Shown: positions 53,183 through 63,423 of the stretch, piece by piece
Numbering within the stretch: position 1 is the first letter of the stretch
How the letters are laid out: every line of letters starts with the position of its first letter
From: Methanomethylovorans sp.
GTDB taxonomy: Archaea > Halobacteriota > Methanosarcinia > Methanosarcinales > Methanosarcinaceae
NCBI RefSeq assembly: GCF_041447285.1
Contig: NZ_JBGMEB010000026.1
Location: 1-64,000 of the forward strand
Direction: 5' to 3'
DNA: 64,000 nt
Notes under the pieces: model-generated
What the model was told of the DNA's origin: nothing
The model's input: the letters and a program-made list of their open reading frames with translations, nothing else
Database searches by the model: none
Translations under genes and position numbers: made by a program

Positions 53183-54061
53183 ATGAAGGTTGAAGACTTC
53201 ATCAGGGATATAAGTACAGTTATTGCAAAATACAGAAAGCTATACAAGCTGCTTGATGTTATTTCAATAACATTTCTAGTGTATTCTATTTTGCTTATCA
53301 CTAACATGGAAATGGTCTTTGAAATATTCCCAGCACTTGAGGTATATTCCACAGCATCGATAAGTATCCTTGGTGCAAGTATTTCGTACCCTGCCATCTT
53401 TCTATTCATTATATCGGTAGCTTGCGGAGTTTTGTTAACTTTCATATTGCATATCAGAGATGATAAAAGAAGCACAATAGATCTCGTTGAAGAAAAATAT
53501 CCTGTGCTGCGAGAAAGACTCAGTACTGCTTACGATAACCGTGAAGTGGACAATATAGTAGTAGCAGACCTGCAGGAAAACGTAGCAAAAGCATCTGCCA
53601 ATGTCATTCCTTCAGTTTTCCTTAACAAGAAAAGAATGTATATTGGCTTCCTATCTTTGTTGATTGCTATTTCCTTACTTACGTATGTAAGTATAAGCGA
53701 ATACCGTATATCTTCAACACCACAGGATATCATAGGCCCATTATTACCCCATAACGAAGGCGATGGCTCTGATCTGGCTGTAATGGAACAGACAACAAAT
53801 AATTCAGATAATACTAAGGAGAATCTGACCGGCAAAACTGCAATTGTAGTGGTGGAAGGAAAACAAGTTGATCTGACTCTTCCACCTGGTTCAGGAACAG
53901 GGTTTACACAGGGAGAGCAGGCCAATAATACACCTGAGGATTTCACACCCTCTTCTGCATACGACATTGGTGTAATGTCTTCGTCTATATATTCCGAAGA
54001 GTTGCCGGAAGGGTACGAAAGCATAATCAAACAGTATTTTGAAGAAATGGCAGGAAAATAA
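53183..54061 (+). CDS. hypothetical membrane protein preceding the MoxR-DUF58-vWA operon
   Basis: It has 2-3 TM helices, a Thr/Asn-rich loop, and a C-terminus ending QYFEEMAGK. Its position is equivalent to DUF4129-like genes of Bat-type clusters. Homology was not verified. Confidence 0.35.
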   Translation: MKVEDFIRDISTVIAKYRKLYKLLDVISITFLVYSILLITNMEMVFEIFPALEVYSTASISILGASISYPAIFLFIISVACGVLLTFILHIRDDKRSTIDLVEEKYPVLRERLSTAYDNREVDNIVVADLQENVAKASANVIPSVFLNKKRMYIGFLSLLIAISLLTYVSISEYRISSTPQDIIGPLLPHNEGDGSDLAVMEQTTNNSDNTKENLTGKTAIVVVEGKQVDLTLPPGSGTGFTQGEQANNTPEDFTPSSAYDIGVMSSSIYSEELPEGYESIIKQYFEEMAGK

Positions 54062-54108
54062 TGCCATGCAGAACATTCTATTTATCATGAAAGTAAGGGA
54101 GACCAGAG

Positions 54109-55083
54109 ATGAACTCCAGTGAAATGAGTGCAGGAAATCTGTCACAGACATACCGGATTGCCAGCGATATGTTCAATGCATTATTCGCAGAGATCGGTAA
54201 GGTCGTAGTCGGACAGCAAGAGTATGTGGAACAGATGATCATCGCTATGCTCTGCAATGGGCATGCATTGGTTGAGAGCAATCCCGGTCTTGGGAAAACA
54301 TTGACCATTTCTACTATAGCAAAGGTCATGGACCTGCGCTTTAGCAGGATCCAGTGTACACCGGACCTGATGCCTGCGGACATCACAGGAACGAACATCA
54401 TAGAAGAGCACGGTGGAGTCAAGTCATTCAAATTCCAGGCAGGACCAATCTTTGCTAACATAGTGTTAGCCGATGAAATCAACCGTGCATCCCCAAAAAC
54501 ACAATCTTCAATGCTTGAAGCAATGCAGGAAAAACAGATCACTGTCGCCAATGATACCTATCTGCTTGACAAGCCTTTCTTTATCCTGGCCACACAGAAC
54601 CCCATTGAGATGGAAGGAACTTTCCCATTGCCTGAAGCGCAATTAGACAGGTTCCTCCTGAAAATATTGCTGGATTATCCTACATATGAACAGGAACTCA
54701 GCATTGTGGAAAGGTACACTAAGATGGATTCTCCGCAGGTCAGAAAAGTCATGAACAAGAACACACTGCTCGACCTGCAAAAACTGACCACTGAAGTGCC
54801 TATATCCGATCAGTTAAAATCCAGAGCTGTAAAAATAGTTATGGCTACAAGGCAGAACAGCGAGCACATAGAATACGGTGCATCCCCCAGGGCCTCTATA
54901 GGCCTGATCCTGGCAGCAAAGGCACGCGCCCTGATCAACGGCAGAAATTACGTAAGTGAGGAAGATATCGAGGTTATGGCTTATCCGATACTTCGCCACA
55001 GGATAGGTCTTTCATTTGAATCAGAAAGAAAAGGCATTACTGCAGATCAGATGATCAAGGGAATCCTTTCGCAGGTCAAATAA
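54109..55083 (+). CDS. MoxR-family AAA+ ATPase
   Basis: The motifs are LVESNPGLGKTLTISTIAK and VLADEINRASPKTQSSMLEAMQE. Size is 324 aa. Confidence 0.9.
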   Translation: MNSSEMSAGNLSQTYRIASDMFNALFAEIGKVVVGQQEYVEQMIIAMLCNGHALVESNPGLGKTLTISTIAKVMDLRFSRIQCTPDLMPADITGTNIIEEHGGVKSFKFQAGPIFANIVLADEINRASPKTQSSMLEAMQEKQITVANDTYLLDKPFFILATQNPIEMEGTFPLPEAQLDRFLLKILLDYPTYEQELSIVERYTKMDSPQVRKVMNKNTLLDLQKLTTEVPISDQLKSRAVKIVMATRQNSEHIEYGASPRASIGLILAAKARALINGRNYVSEEDIEVMAYPILRHRIGLSFESERKGITADQMIKGILSQVK

Positions 55084-55102
55084 AAAATAAGGCCATGAGG
55101 AC

Positions 55103-55981
55103 ATGAACCCCGGGAAACATACTATTAATGCGGATTTCTTCCGGCAGCTTGACAGTTTTTCCTTTATGGTAAGGAAAAGAGTATCCAGCGTATATGCCGG
55201 TAGCCGACGCTCTGTCAACAGCGGCAAAGGCATAGATACCGTAGGGTTCAGGGAATACTACCCTGGAGATGAACCCAGATCCATTGACTGGAAAGTATAT
55301 GCCAGGTCCGAAAAACTGTATGTTCGGCAATTCGAGGAAGATAAATCCCTCACAGCACACATACTGCTGGATGCCAGCAAGAGTATGGACTATCCTGAAA
55401 AAAACACCACTAAATTTGAATATGGCCTGATGCTTGCAATGGGCTTTGCATACATGGTGACAAAAGATAATGATAAGTTCGCCATTTCCACCTTTTCTCA
55501 GGATGTGGATATAGCTGAACCACGCAGGGGAAAAAAGTATCTTTTTCAAACACTTGACCGGCTTGAAACAACAAAGCTTCAGGGTAAGACCGACATACAT
55601 GAATGCATCATAAGATACAGCCGCGCTATACATTCACGGTCTCTTGTGATCATCATATCGGATTTCATGGATGATCTGGATTCTATAAGATCCGCAATAT
55701 ATCGTTTTTCGGATCATGACCTTATTCTTGTGCAGGTGCTGGACAGGACAGAAGCTCAGCTTCAGGTGCATGGACATACAAAGTTCAAGGATCTTGAGAC
55801 TGATGCAGATCTTAAAACGTATGTAGGCAACAACTTCAAGGATAATTATCAGCGCAAATTAATGGACCACATGAACAGCATTAAAGATACATGCTACCAT
55901 GTGGGAGCGGAATATTATGCTTTTACTACAGATGTACCCATCTTTGAAGCTTTCCTTTACACAATAGGCAGGAGACGCTGA
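55103..55981 (+). CDS. DUF58 domain protein (vWA-like MoxR partner)
   Basis: FREYYPGDEPRSIDWKVYARSEKLYVRQFEE is the DUF58 core. Confidence 0.8.
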   Translation: MNPGKHTINADFFRQLDSFSFMVRKRVSSVYAGSRRSVNSGKGIDTVGFREYYPGDEPRSIDWKVYARSEKLYVRQFEEDKSLTAHILLDASKSMDYPEKNTTKFEYGLMLAMGFAYMVTKDNDKFAISTFSQDVDIAEPRRGKKYLFQTLDRLETTKLQGKTDIHECIIRYSRAIHSRSLVIIISDFMDDLDSIRSAIYRFSDHDLILVQVLDRTEAQLQVHGHTKFKDLETDADLKTYVGNNFKDNYQRKLMDHMNSIKDTCYHVGAEYYAFTTDVPIFEAFLYTIGRRR

Positions 55982-55982
55982 T

Positions 55983-57863
55983 ATGCCCTTTGAAACCCCT
56001 CTGGCCCTGCTCGCTTTGGTAAGCGTTATACCTCTTATCATATTGTATCTGCTAAGGCCAAAGCCTCTGCTGGTGAAGATTCCATCTGTGATGTTCCTCA
56101 TGCAGGTGGAAGAAAAAAAGCGTTTCTTCACTTCTATTACAAAACTTATTAAAGATCCTTTGTTCCTCATACAATTGCTGGTGCTTATTCTATTGGCACT
56201 GGCCGCAGCCGCTCCTTATATAATCACAAACGAGCCCTTAAGCGACGAGCATACGGTACTCGTGATAGATATGTCTGCCAGCATGCAGACAGAAAGCCGT
56301 TTCCAGGAAGCCACCAGCAAAGCAGGGGACTATGTAAGCAAGGAGAACAGCATAGTTCTTGCTCATAATATTCCTGTGATATTGCTTGAAGGACAGGATG
56401 CAACTACTACCAAAGAAGCTCTTTCCTCTCTTAAAGCAGGTGCTACAGTAGCAGATATTTCTGCTGCCATGGGTACAGGCATGAGAATGCTGCTGTCTGA
56501 AGGCGGAGGCAGACTCGTGGTGATCTCGGATTTTACCAACTGGGAAGGAGAAGACCCGGTATCTGCAAAGAACCTTGCAGAATCAAACAGCATAAAAGTG
56601 GAGTTTGTGCAGATAGGCAAAACCACAGATAACATAGGCATTATCCAGGGCCGGCTTGAGACCACAGAGAACGGTTATAATTACAATTGCGTGATCAAGA
56701 ACTACGGAGATAGTGACCAGAACATTCCCGTAGAGATCACTAACACTGATGGTAATAGTGAAACCAATAGCATAGACCTGACAGTAAAGGCAAAATCCAC
56801 AGAACAGTTCGTTTTACAAAATCTTAGTACAGGCACCACCACTATCAAAATAAACAGGGATGATAGTTTACCTGCGGACAATATTGCTTACGTATCGGTA
56901 CCAAAGGTTTCTAACAAACGTGTCCTGTTCGTATCAGACCAGTCATTGTTACCATCGATGACATCAGTGTCCCTTATGCCAGGTATTCAGACAACTTCAG
57001 CTACTGGAGTGCCACAAGACCTGACACAGTTCAGTGTAGTAGTTGTTGCTAAAGCCAACCAATCCCTTTCATCAAGCGAGATCTCACTACTTTCATCTTA
57101 TATTAACAGTGGCGGTAAGGCGGTGTTCATTGCAAGTGACAGCCTCGCTGCGCAGGGTACTGACCTGGAACTTCAGAAACTGTTACCCGTAAGGACATCC
57201 AACGTAACAAAAACAGAAAAGGGTCTTGGCATGAAAGTGAACCAGTCCACAAGGCTCACTGATGATCTTGACCTGGATGAGATAGCAGTATATAAGTATC
57301 TGAATGCAACCGCAAGGCTAGACACAACAACTCTGATTGTATCAGAGAAAGGAGATGTACCCATACTCGCATACGGAACAGTGGGTGAAGGAACTGTTGT
57401 GTATGTGGGATTCAGTGACCAGCTTGGAGAAAATTCCTGGAACAATTTCCATAACCTGCCTGATTTCCCTGTGTTCTGGTTCAAACTTGTAGGCTGGCTG
57501 GGAGGTTCCGGAGATATTTCTGAATACAACCTGAAGACAGGAGCTGTTTCAACTCTGGCAAAGGAGCAGGAAATAACCACCCCCAATGGAAAGGAAATAA
57601 CAAAGAAAGTGCTTTACAGCAGTGCTGGTCTATATGAAGTGGCAGGCAGGACAATTGCTGTTAACCTCTACAATGATAAGGAATCAGATACTGCCCTTGA
57701 TGGTTCTGATGTTATTAGCAGGGCATCTGTCAAGGATGAGCCTTCTGTTGTGAAGGCAACAACATACGAATCTAAAAATTACCTGGATACTATTATGATA
57801 GCATTGGTATTCATATTGGTCATTCTGGAACTGTACATAATCAAAAAGAGAGGTGAGCTGTAA
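55983..57863 (+). CDS. BatA-like protein: aerotolerance-regulator N-terminal TM domain plus vWA domain
   Basis: The N-terminus PLALLALVSVIPLIILYLLRPKP is the BatA_N pattern. The vWA MIDAS starts at VLVIDMSASM. Confidence 0.7.
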   Translation: MPFETPLALLALVSVIPLIILYLLRPKPLLVKIPSVMFLMQVEEKKRFFTSITKLIKDPLFLIQLLVLILLALAAAAPYIITNEPLSDEHTVLVIDMSASMQTESRFQEATSKAGDYVSKENSIVLAHNIPVILLEGQDATTTKEALSSLKAGATVADISAAMGTGMRMLLSEGGGRLVVISDFTNWEGEDPVSAKNLAESNSIKVEFVQIGKTTDNIGIIQGRLETTENGYNYNCVIKNYGDSDQNIPVEITNTDGNSETNSIDLTVKAKSTEQFVLQNLSTGTTTIKINRDDSLPADNIAYVSVPKVSNKRVLFVSDQSLLPSMTSVSLMPGIQTTSATGVPQDLTQFSVVVVAKANQSLSSSEISLLSSYINSGGKAVFIASDSLAAQGTDLELQKLLPVRTSNVTKTEKGLGMKVNQSTRLTDDLDLDEIAVYKYLNATARLDTTTLIVSEKGDVPILAYGTVGEGTVVYVGFSDQLGENSWNNFHNLPDFPVFWFKLVGWLGGSGDISEYNLKTGAVSTLAKEQEITTPNGKEITKKVLYSSAGLYEVAGRTIAVNLYNDKESDTALDGSDVISRASVKDEPSVVKATTYESKNYLDTIMIALVFILVILELYIIKKRGEL

Positions 57864-60322
57864 TGGTGAGCCTTGAGCATCCCGCCATGTTATGGCTCAT
57901 TTTGCCGGTGCTGGCGGCAGGCATCTATCTGATCCGCAAAGGCGCTAAAAAGGGCCTGATAATATCCAGAATGATAGTACTTGCATTGTTGGTCATCGCT
58001 CTGGCTTCTCCATATAATGTGGTTAACAAGGTATCAAACACTGAAAATCCCGATATAGTATTGATATCCGATGAAACTTCAAGCATGGAGCTTTTCGAAA
58101 CGGAGACAACAACAACCCTTTATGAATCCCTGGCAGCAAATACACCTACAAATGTTGTGAAGCTTACAGGCGATAGCACATCTCTTGGAGATGCCATTGT
58201 GCAATATGCACGTGGAGATAATCAGATAGTCATTGTTTCTGACGGCAACAGCAACAAGGGTCAGGATCTGGAAGAAGCTCTTAACTTTGCCAAAGATACA
58301 GGGACAACGGTATACTCGGTAACTCCGGAATTAAAAACAAATGATGTGAGCTTATACATAAGCGGTGATAAGAAAGTTGTTCTTGACAATGAATATCAGT
58401 TTGATCTGATAGTACAGCAAGCAGGAAATTCCTCTATAAGTTGTCAGGTAGAGATGTTTGTGGATGACAAGCCAAAAATGAGCAATTATCCAATAACTCT
58501 CGATGACGATTCCAAAACAGTACCTATAACACATACCTTTGATTCTCTGGGTGCCCATACGATCACTGCCAGTATTACGGTTTCAGGAGAAGATAGCCAA
58601 CCCATCAACAATGTCTTTTATAAAACCGTATATGTAGTTCCAAAACCAAAGATACAGCTCATTACCGATGATACAAGCTCACCCATGGCTAATATACTGC
58701 TGAATCTTTATGACACTTCAGTTGGCACAGAGCTAACAGATCTGGACAATAAAAAAGCAGTCGTTCTGGATAACAGGAACATCAATTCGCTTTCAGACTC
58801 AGACATACAGAATTTAGAAGATTACGTTAGCTCTGGAAACGGCCTGTATGTTGTAGGTGGTGACAGTTCCTATAACTATGGAAACTATCTTAACTCATCC
58901 CTTGAAAGTATATTGCCTGTATATTCAAAGGCCAGTGAATGGAAAGGCGGCAGAAATGTGGTACTTGTGCTTGATGTTTCCATGAGCACTTCTGCCCATG
59001 GGACGCAGGGTGATATTTTAGGCAATGGAATAGCTGTTCTGAGGAATGAATATCTCAGAGATGCAAATGTGGGTGTGATAGCGTTTGGAACAGAAGGTCT
59101 GGATGTATCAGGCGGTCTGGTATACATGGGACTTCCTTCTAATGTAAATATGCTGGAAGAGAAAATAAAAACACTTACACCGGCATCTACCAGTGAAACA
59201 TCCTTAGACCAAGGCTTGGTTATTGCACAGGAATGGCTCTCAGACGGCGAGGGAGAACTTGATGTGGTTATCGTTTCTGATGGAGGCATCGAGCAAAGAT
59301 ATGAAGAAGCACTGCAAGTTGCCACTGCGCTCAGTGATGCAGGTGTAAAGCTATATTACGTACATATCAAATCCAAGGCACCTTCACAGTATGATAAATT
59401 CGGCAATGCCTTTGCAAAACAGTTAATGGATGAGGTTGGAGGGCTGTATTTCCCTATGCAGGCGGGGGAACGGGTTAACCTTGTCTTCGATGAGCTGGAA
59501 CAGCCAGAGACAAATGAATCTATTGATTATAACGCATTTACCCTTGTAAAATACAATCCCACGCATTTCATCACTAAGAATGTAAATATTTCAGCTAACA
59601 TCACAGGATACAATGATATTACACCAAAACCTGGTGCAGACAGACTGATCCTGACTTCCACAGGCCAACCTGTGCTCACAGTATGGAGATATGGCCTGGG
59701 ACGTGTAGCTTCTCTTAGTACAGATAATGGAAATGGTAACGGCAATATGTGGAGTACCCAGATGTACTCTGGTAATAACTCCAAACTCACTTCATCCACC
59801 ATGAACTGGCTCATCGGTGATCCGCAGGTTGAGGAAGGAGCTGTACTGGAAGCTGATGATACATGGTTCGGGACTCCTGCTCAGCTTAAACTTACGATGT
59901 ATGATGAAGGCGTGCCTACCATCAAGCTTGATGGCAGTGAAAATATTGACCTTTCGCTTACCGGTAAGAATACTTATGAGGCAACAACAGACATTGGCCA
60001 GGTGGGAGTTCATTATATATCCGGATATCCAATAGCAGTTAACTATGCGCTGGAGTACAGGGATGTAGGAGTTAATCCAGATCTTGCAACAATGATTTTG
60101 TCCAATGGCGGAAAGACATACACAAAGCGAGAAGCACAGGCCCTGCTGCTTCAGGATGCAAGAGAAAAACCAAAATATATCAACGAGACAGTAAGCCAGA
60201 AGATGTATTTCATCCTGGCAGCCCTGATATTGTTCTTGTTTGAGGTTGCAATCCGCCGCCTCAGAGAGATCAAGGAGATGAAGGCGCAGGAGAAAAAGAT
60301 GCAGGAAGTAGCAGAGGCATAA
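57863..60322 (+). CDS. large vWA-domain membrane protein (BatB-like) with C-terminal TM helix and coiled-coil tail
   Basis: It has a BatA_N-like N-terminus, vWA-like segments and a C-terminal helix MYFILAALILFLFEVAIRRL. Its start overlaps the previous gene's stop. Confidence 0.6.
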   Translation: MVSLEHPAMLWLILPVLAAGIYLIRKGAKKGLIISRMIVLALLVIALASPYNVVNKVSNTENPDIVLISDETSSMELFETETTTTLYESLAANTPTNVVKLTGDSTSLGDAIVQYARGDNQIVIVSDGNSNKGQDLEEALNFAKDTGTTVYSVTPELKTNDVSLYISGDKKVVLDNEYQFDLIVQQAGNSSISCQVEMFVDDKPKMSNYPITLDDDSKTVPITHTFDSLGAHTITASITVSGEDSQPINNVFYKTVYVVPKPKIQLITDDTSSPMANILLNLYDTSVGTELTDLDNKKAVVLDNRNINSLSDSDIQNLEDYVSSGNGLYVVGGDSSYNYGNYLNSSLESILPVYSKASEWKGGRNVVLVLDVSMSTSAHGTQGDILGNGIAVLRNEYLRDANVGVIAFGTEGLDVSGGLVYMGLPSNVNMLEEKIKTLTPASTSETSLDQGLVIAQEWLSDGEGELDVVIVSDGGIEQRYEEALQVATALSDAGVKLYYVHIKSKAPSQYDKFGNAFAKQLMDEVGGLYFPMQAGERVNLVFDELEQPETNESIDYNAFTLVKYNPTHFITKNVNISANITGYNDITPKPGADRLILTSTGQPVLTVWRYGLGRVASLSTDNGNGNGNMWSTQMYSGNNSKLTSSTMNWLIGDPQVEEGAVLEADDTWFGTPAQLKLTMYDEGVPTIKLDGSENIDLSLTGKNTYEATTDIGQVGVHYISGYPIAVNYALEYRDVGVNPDLATMILSNGGKTYTKREAQALLLQDAREKPKYINETVSQKMYFILAALILFLFEVAIRRLREIKEMKAQEKKMQEVAEA

Positions 60323-60624
60323 CGTATATTATACGTCCGACATAATCAGAAGTACCAATTTCAGCCTGCTGATAATGATAGATATATCTAGTATGGAGTA
60401 ATCGCTCCATAAGTATAAATAGAAGCCTTTTTAATGCTATGTATAGGGCTACATGTTGCACCTGAAACTTTGTGGGAAGTTTTGCAGCATAATAGCCGGA
60501 AACATTTTATGAATTCAGTATAAGGAAATTGGTTAGCAGTGTCTGTATGTGGGATTGTCATTAATGGTACATACCCAATATTAGAATACAGATGGATTAG
60601 CCAATGAATAAGGGGGAAGATACT

Positions 60625-61245
60625 ATGGCTAAAGAACTGTACAAGTTACCAGCTTTGAAATATGGTTATGCGGACCTTGAACCGTATATTTCAGAAGAGC
60701 AATTGCGTATACACCATGATAAACATCATCAGGCTTACGTCAGTAATGTCAATTCACTGTTGCAGATGATGGAAAAGGCCAGAAAGGAAGGTACAGATTT
60801 TGACTACAAAGCAACTGCGAAAGCTGTGGCCTTTAATCTGGGTGGTCATGTGCTCCATGATTATTTCTGGTGGGAAATGACACCTGCAGGAAATGCGACA
60901 AAAGAGCCCATAGGTGAACTGGCTGAAGTGATCAAGGAAGACTTTGGAAATTTCGAGCGTTTCAAAAAGGAGTTCACCCAGACAGCATCAACCGTGGAAG
61001 GCTCTGGATGGGCAGCACTCACCTTCTGCAATGACACCAAAAGGTTGGGGATCATGCAGATAGAAAAGCATAATGTAAATCTGGTTCCGGATTTCCCGAT
61101 CCTCATGGCTATAGACGTATGGGAGCATGCTTATTATCTGGATTACAAGAATGAAAGAGGAAAATTCATAGATGCTTTCTGGAACATAGTCAACTGGGAA
61201 GAGATCGACAAATACTTCCGGAAGATACAGCACCTTAAGGAATAA
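60625..61245 (+). CDS. sod: Fe/Mn superoxide dismutase
   Basis: The motifs are [10 protein letters not shown] and [13 protein letters not shown], the metal-binding His/Asp motifs. Confidence 0.9.
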   Translation: MAKELYKLPALKYGYADLEPYISEEQLRIHHDKHHQAYVSNVNSLLQMMEKARKEGTDFDYKATAKAVAFNLGGHVLHDYFWWEMTPAGNATKEPIGELAEVIKEDFGNFERFKKEFTQTASTVEGSGWAALTFCNDTKRLGIMQIEKHNVNLVPDFPILMAIDVWEHAYYLDYKNERGKFIDAFWNIVNWEEIDKYFRKIQHLKE

Positions 61246-61307
61246 GGCCAATCTTAATTTCAGATAAGGGTTCAGGATAAATAATAACCCGGGTGTGGGG
61301 TGTGTGG

Positions 61308-62219
61308 ATGAAAAAGTCTGTCATGGTGGTATTATTTATAATTGTTGCTTTGATCGTAAGCGGTTGCTCTGAGAACAAGCTTAATGCACCTGCAGAAAAG
61401 CCTACTGTGGTGATAGGCTCTAAACTTTTCCAGGAATCTTATATACTTGCCCACATGGCGGCTCTTATGCTTGAAGATGCTGGCTATGAAACTAAAGTAA
61501 TAGAAGGGCTTGGAGGAACTTTTGTCAATTATGAAGCGCTGAAGAAGGACGAGATAAACACCTACGTGGAGTACACAGGAACTGCTTACAGCCAGATCCT
61601 GAAGAAACCACCACTTGATGTGTGGGACCCTGAAGTTGTATTTAATGAAACAGAAAAGGGATTGAAAGAGATAGACAATATTGAGGTGGTCAGTACTCTG
61701 GGATTCGAAGATGCTTATGCAATTGCAGTAAAAGAGGCTTGGGCAGAGGCAAATAATATCACAAATATCAGTGATCTCAAGAAATATGCACCTCAGATGA
61801 CGATAGGAACTGATCCGGAATTCGCCACCCGTGAGGACGGACTGCCTCGTATAAAAGATGTATATGGCATAGAGTTCAAGGATTACAAGCAGGCCGTTGC
61901 CACAGTAATGTATGAGGCGATCAAGATCGATGAGGTAGACGCTATATCTGCATACACTACTGACACCAGGAACGAGGTTTTTGATCTACGGGTGCTAAAG
62001 GATGATAAGAATGCATTGCCTCCTTATGATGCAATATACATTATGACACAGGAATTTGCTACAAACAATCCTGATGCTGCGAGAGCTTTAAAGAAACTGG
62101 AAGGTAGAATCGACACCGACACCATGAGGAGTCTGAACTACAAGTTCGATGTGGAGAAGATGGAACCAAGGGATATCGCAAAAGAATTTCTTATCCAGGA
62201 AGGACTTATAGAAGGATAA
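61308..62219 (+). CDS. osmoprotectant (glycine betaine/choline) ABC transporter substrate-binding lipoprotein, OpuC/Otb-type
   Basis: The lipobox is IVSGCSE. The body is COG1732-like, and a CBS-ATPase and a permease lie downstream. Confidence 0.7.
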   Translation: MKKSVMVVLFIIVALIVSGCSENKLNAPAEKPTVVIGSKLFQESYILAHMAALMLEDAGYETKVIEGLGGTFVNYEALKKDEINTYVEYTGTAYSQILKKPPLDVWDPEVVFNETEKGLKEIDNIEVVSTLGFEDAYAIAVKEAWAEANNITNISDLKKYAPQMTIGTDPEFATREDGLPRIKDVYGIEFKDYKQAVATVMYEAIKIDEVDAISAYTTDTRNEVFDLRVLKDDKNALPPYDAIYIMTQEFATNNPDAARALKKLEGRIDTDTMRSLNYKFDVEKMEPRDIAKEFLIQEGLIEG

Positions 62220-62263
62220 GACTATTCTATTCTTTTTTTCAAAACAATACCCGGAAACAAACA

Positions 62264-63391
62264 ATGCGCACACAAAGATTGTTTGAAAGGATAGAGTCCA
62301 TTGAACTACAGGCTGTGAGTAAGAAATACGGTTCGCGTTTTGCTGTGGACTCATTGGACCTTAATATAGAAGGAGGGGAGTTGCTGGTCCTCCTCGGACC
62401 AAGCGGTTCCGGGAAGACTACAACGCTTCGAATGATCAACAGGATGATAGAACCGGATACGGGGACTATCCTGATAAACGGACAGAACATTATGAAGTTA
62501 GATCCGGTAAGCCTCAGGAGGAACATTGGCTATGTGATACAGAACATCGGTCTTTTTCCTCACATGACTATCGGGGAAAACGTGGGTCTAGTCCCAAAAC
62601 TTGAGGGATGGGACGAGATAAGAACAACTGAAAGAGTACGCTATCTGCTGGATTTTGTATCCCTGCCTCCAGACAGGTTTATAAAGAGATATCCACGACA
62701 ACTAAGCGGAGGCCAACAGCAGAGAGTGGGGCTTGCAAGGGCTCTTGCCATGAATCCACCACTTCTTTTAATGGATGAACCTTTCGGGGCTCTGGATCCT
62801 ATTTTGAGAAAGCAGTTACAGGAAGAATTCCTGGATATCAAGAAGGAGATCGGAAGGACCATTGTGTTCATTACCCACGATATAGAAGAGGCTTTCAGAC
62901 TAGGCGACAGAATAGCCATAATGGACAATGCCAAGCTTGTACAGGTGGGTCCTCCGGAAGAACTCATCTTTGAGCCAGTGAACGACCTTGTTGCTGATAT
63001 AGTGGATACAGAACGGAAGTTCAAGCACATGGATATATTAAATGTGAAGGACCTGATGACACCGCTCGATACAAAATATCTACTGGATGCAAGTATGGAT
63101 ATATGTGGCGCGGTGCAGACCATGAAAGAAAGGGACACAGAGATAGGGATTGTATTTGAAAATAATGTACTTGTTGGCAAAGTGGAGATGATAGACCTCT
63201 TAAAAAGTGAGGATGAGTACACGCTGATTAAAAAAGTAGCAAAACCAATGAAGGTCTTTGCTCCACAGGACTCAGTGGCATCAGCTCTATCTGAAATGAA
63301 AAAGAGTGGAGAGTACATGGCAATGGTTATGAATGGGGATGCACCCAGGGGAGTGCTAGTATCTGATGAAGTGCTTTTAAAACTTATTTAA
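62264..63391 (+). CDS. osmoprotectant ABC transporter ATP-binding protein with C-terminal tandem CBS domains
   Basis: Walker A is GPSGSGKTT, the signature is LSGGQQQRVGLARAL, and the C-terminal ~130 aa is CBS-like. Confidence 0.8.
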   Translation: MRTQRLFERIESIELQAVSKKYGSRFAVDSLDLNIEGGELLVLLGPSGSGKTTTLRMINRMIEPDTGTILINGQNIMKLDPVSLRRNIGYVIQNIGLFPHMTIGENVGLVPKLEGWDEIRTTERVRYLLDFVSLPPDRFIKRYPRQLSGGQQQRVGLARALAMNPPLLLMDEPFGALDPILRKQLQEEFLDIKKEIGRTIVFITHDIEEAFRLGDRIAIMDNAKLVQVGPPEELIFEPVNDLVADIVDTERKFKHMDILNVKDLMTPLDTKYLLDASMDICGAVQTMKERDTEIGIVFENNVLVGKVEMIDLLKSEDEYTLIKKVAKPMKVFAPQDSVASALSEMKKSGEYMAMVMNGDAPRGVLVSDEVLLKLI

Positions 63392-63423
63392 AAACTAAAA
63401 AAGATAAAAGAAAGAGGACAAGG

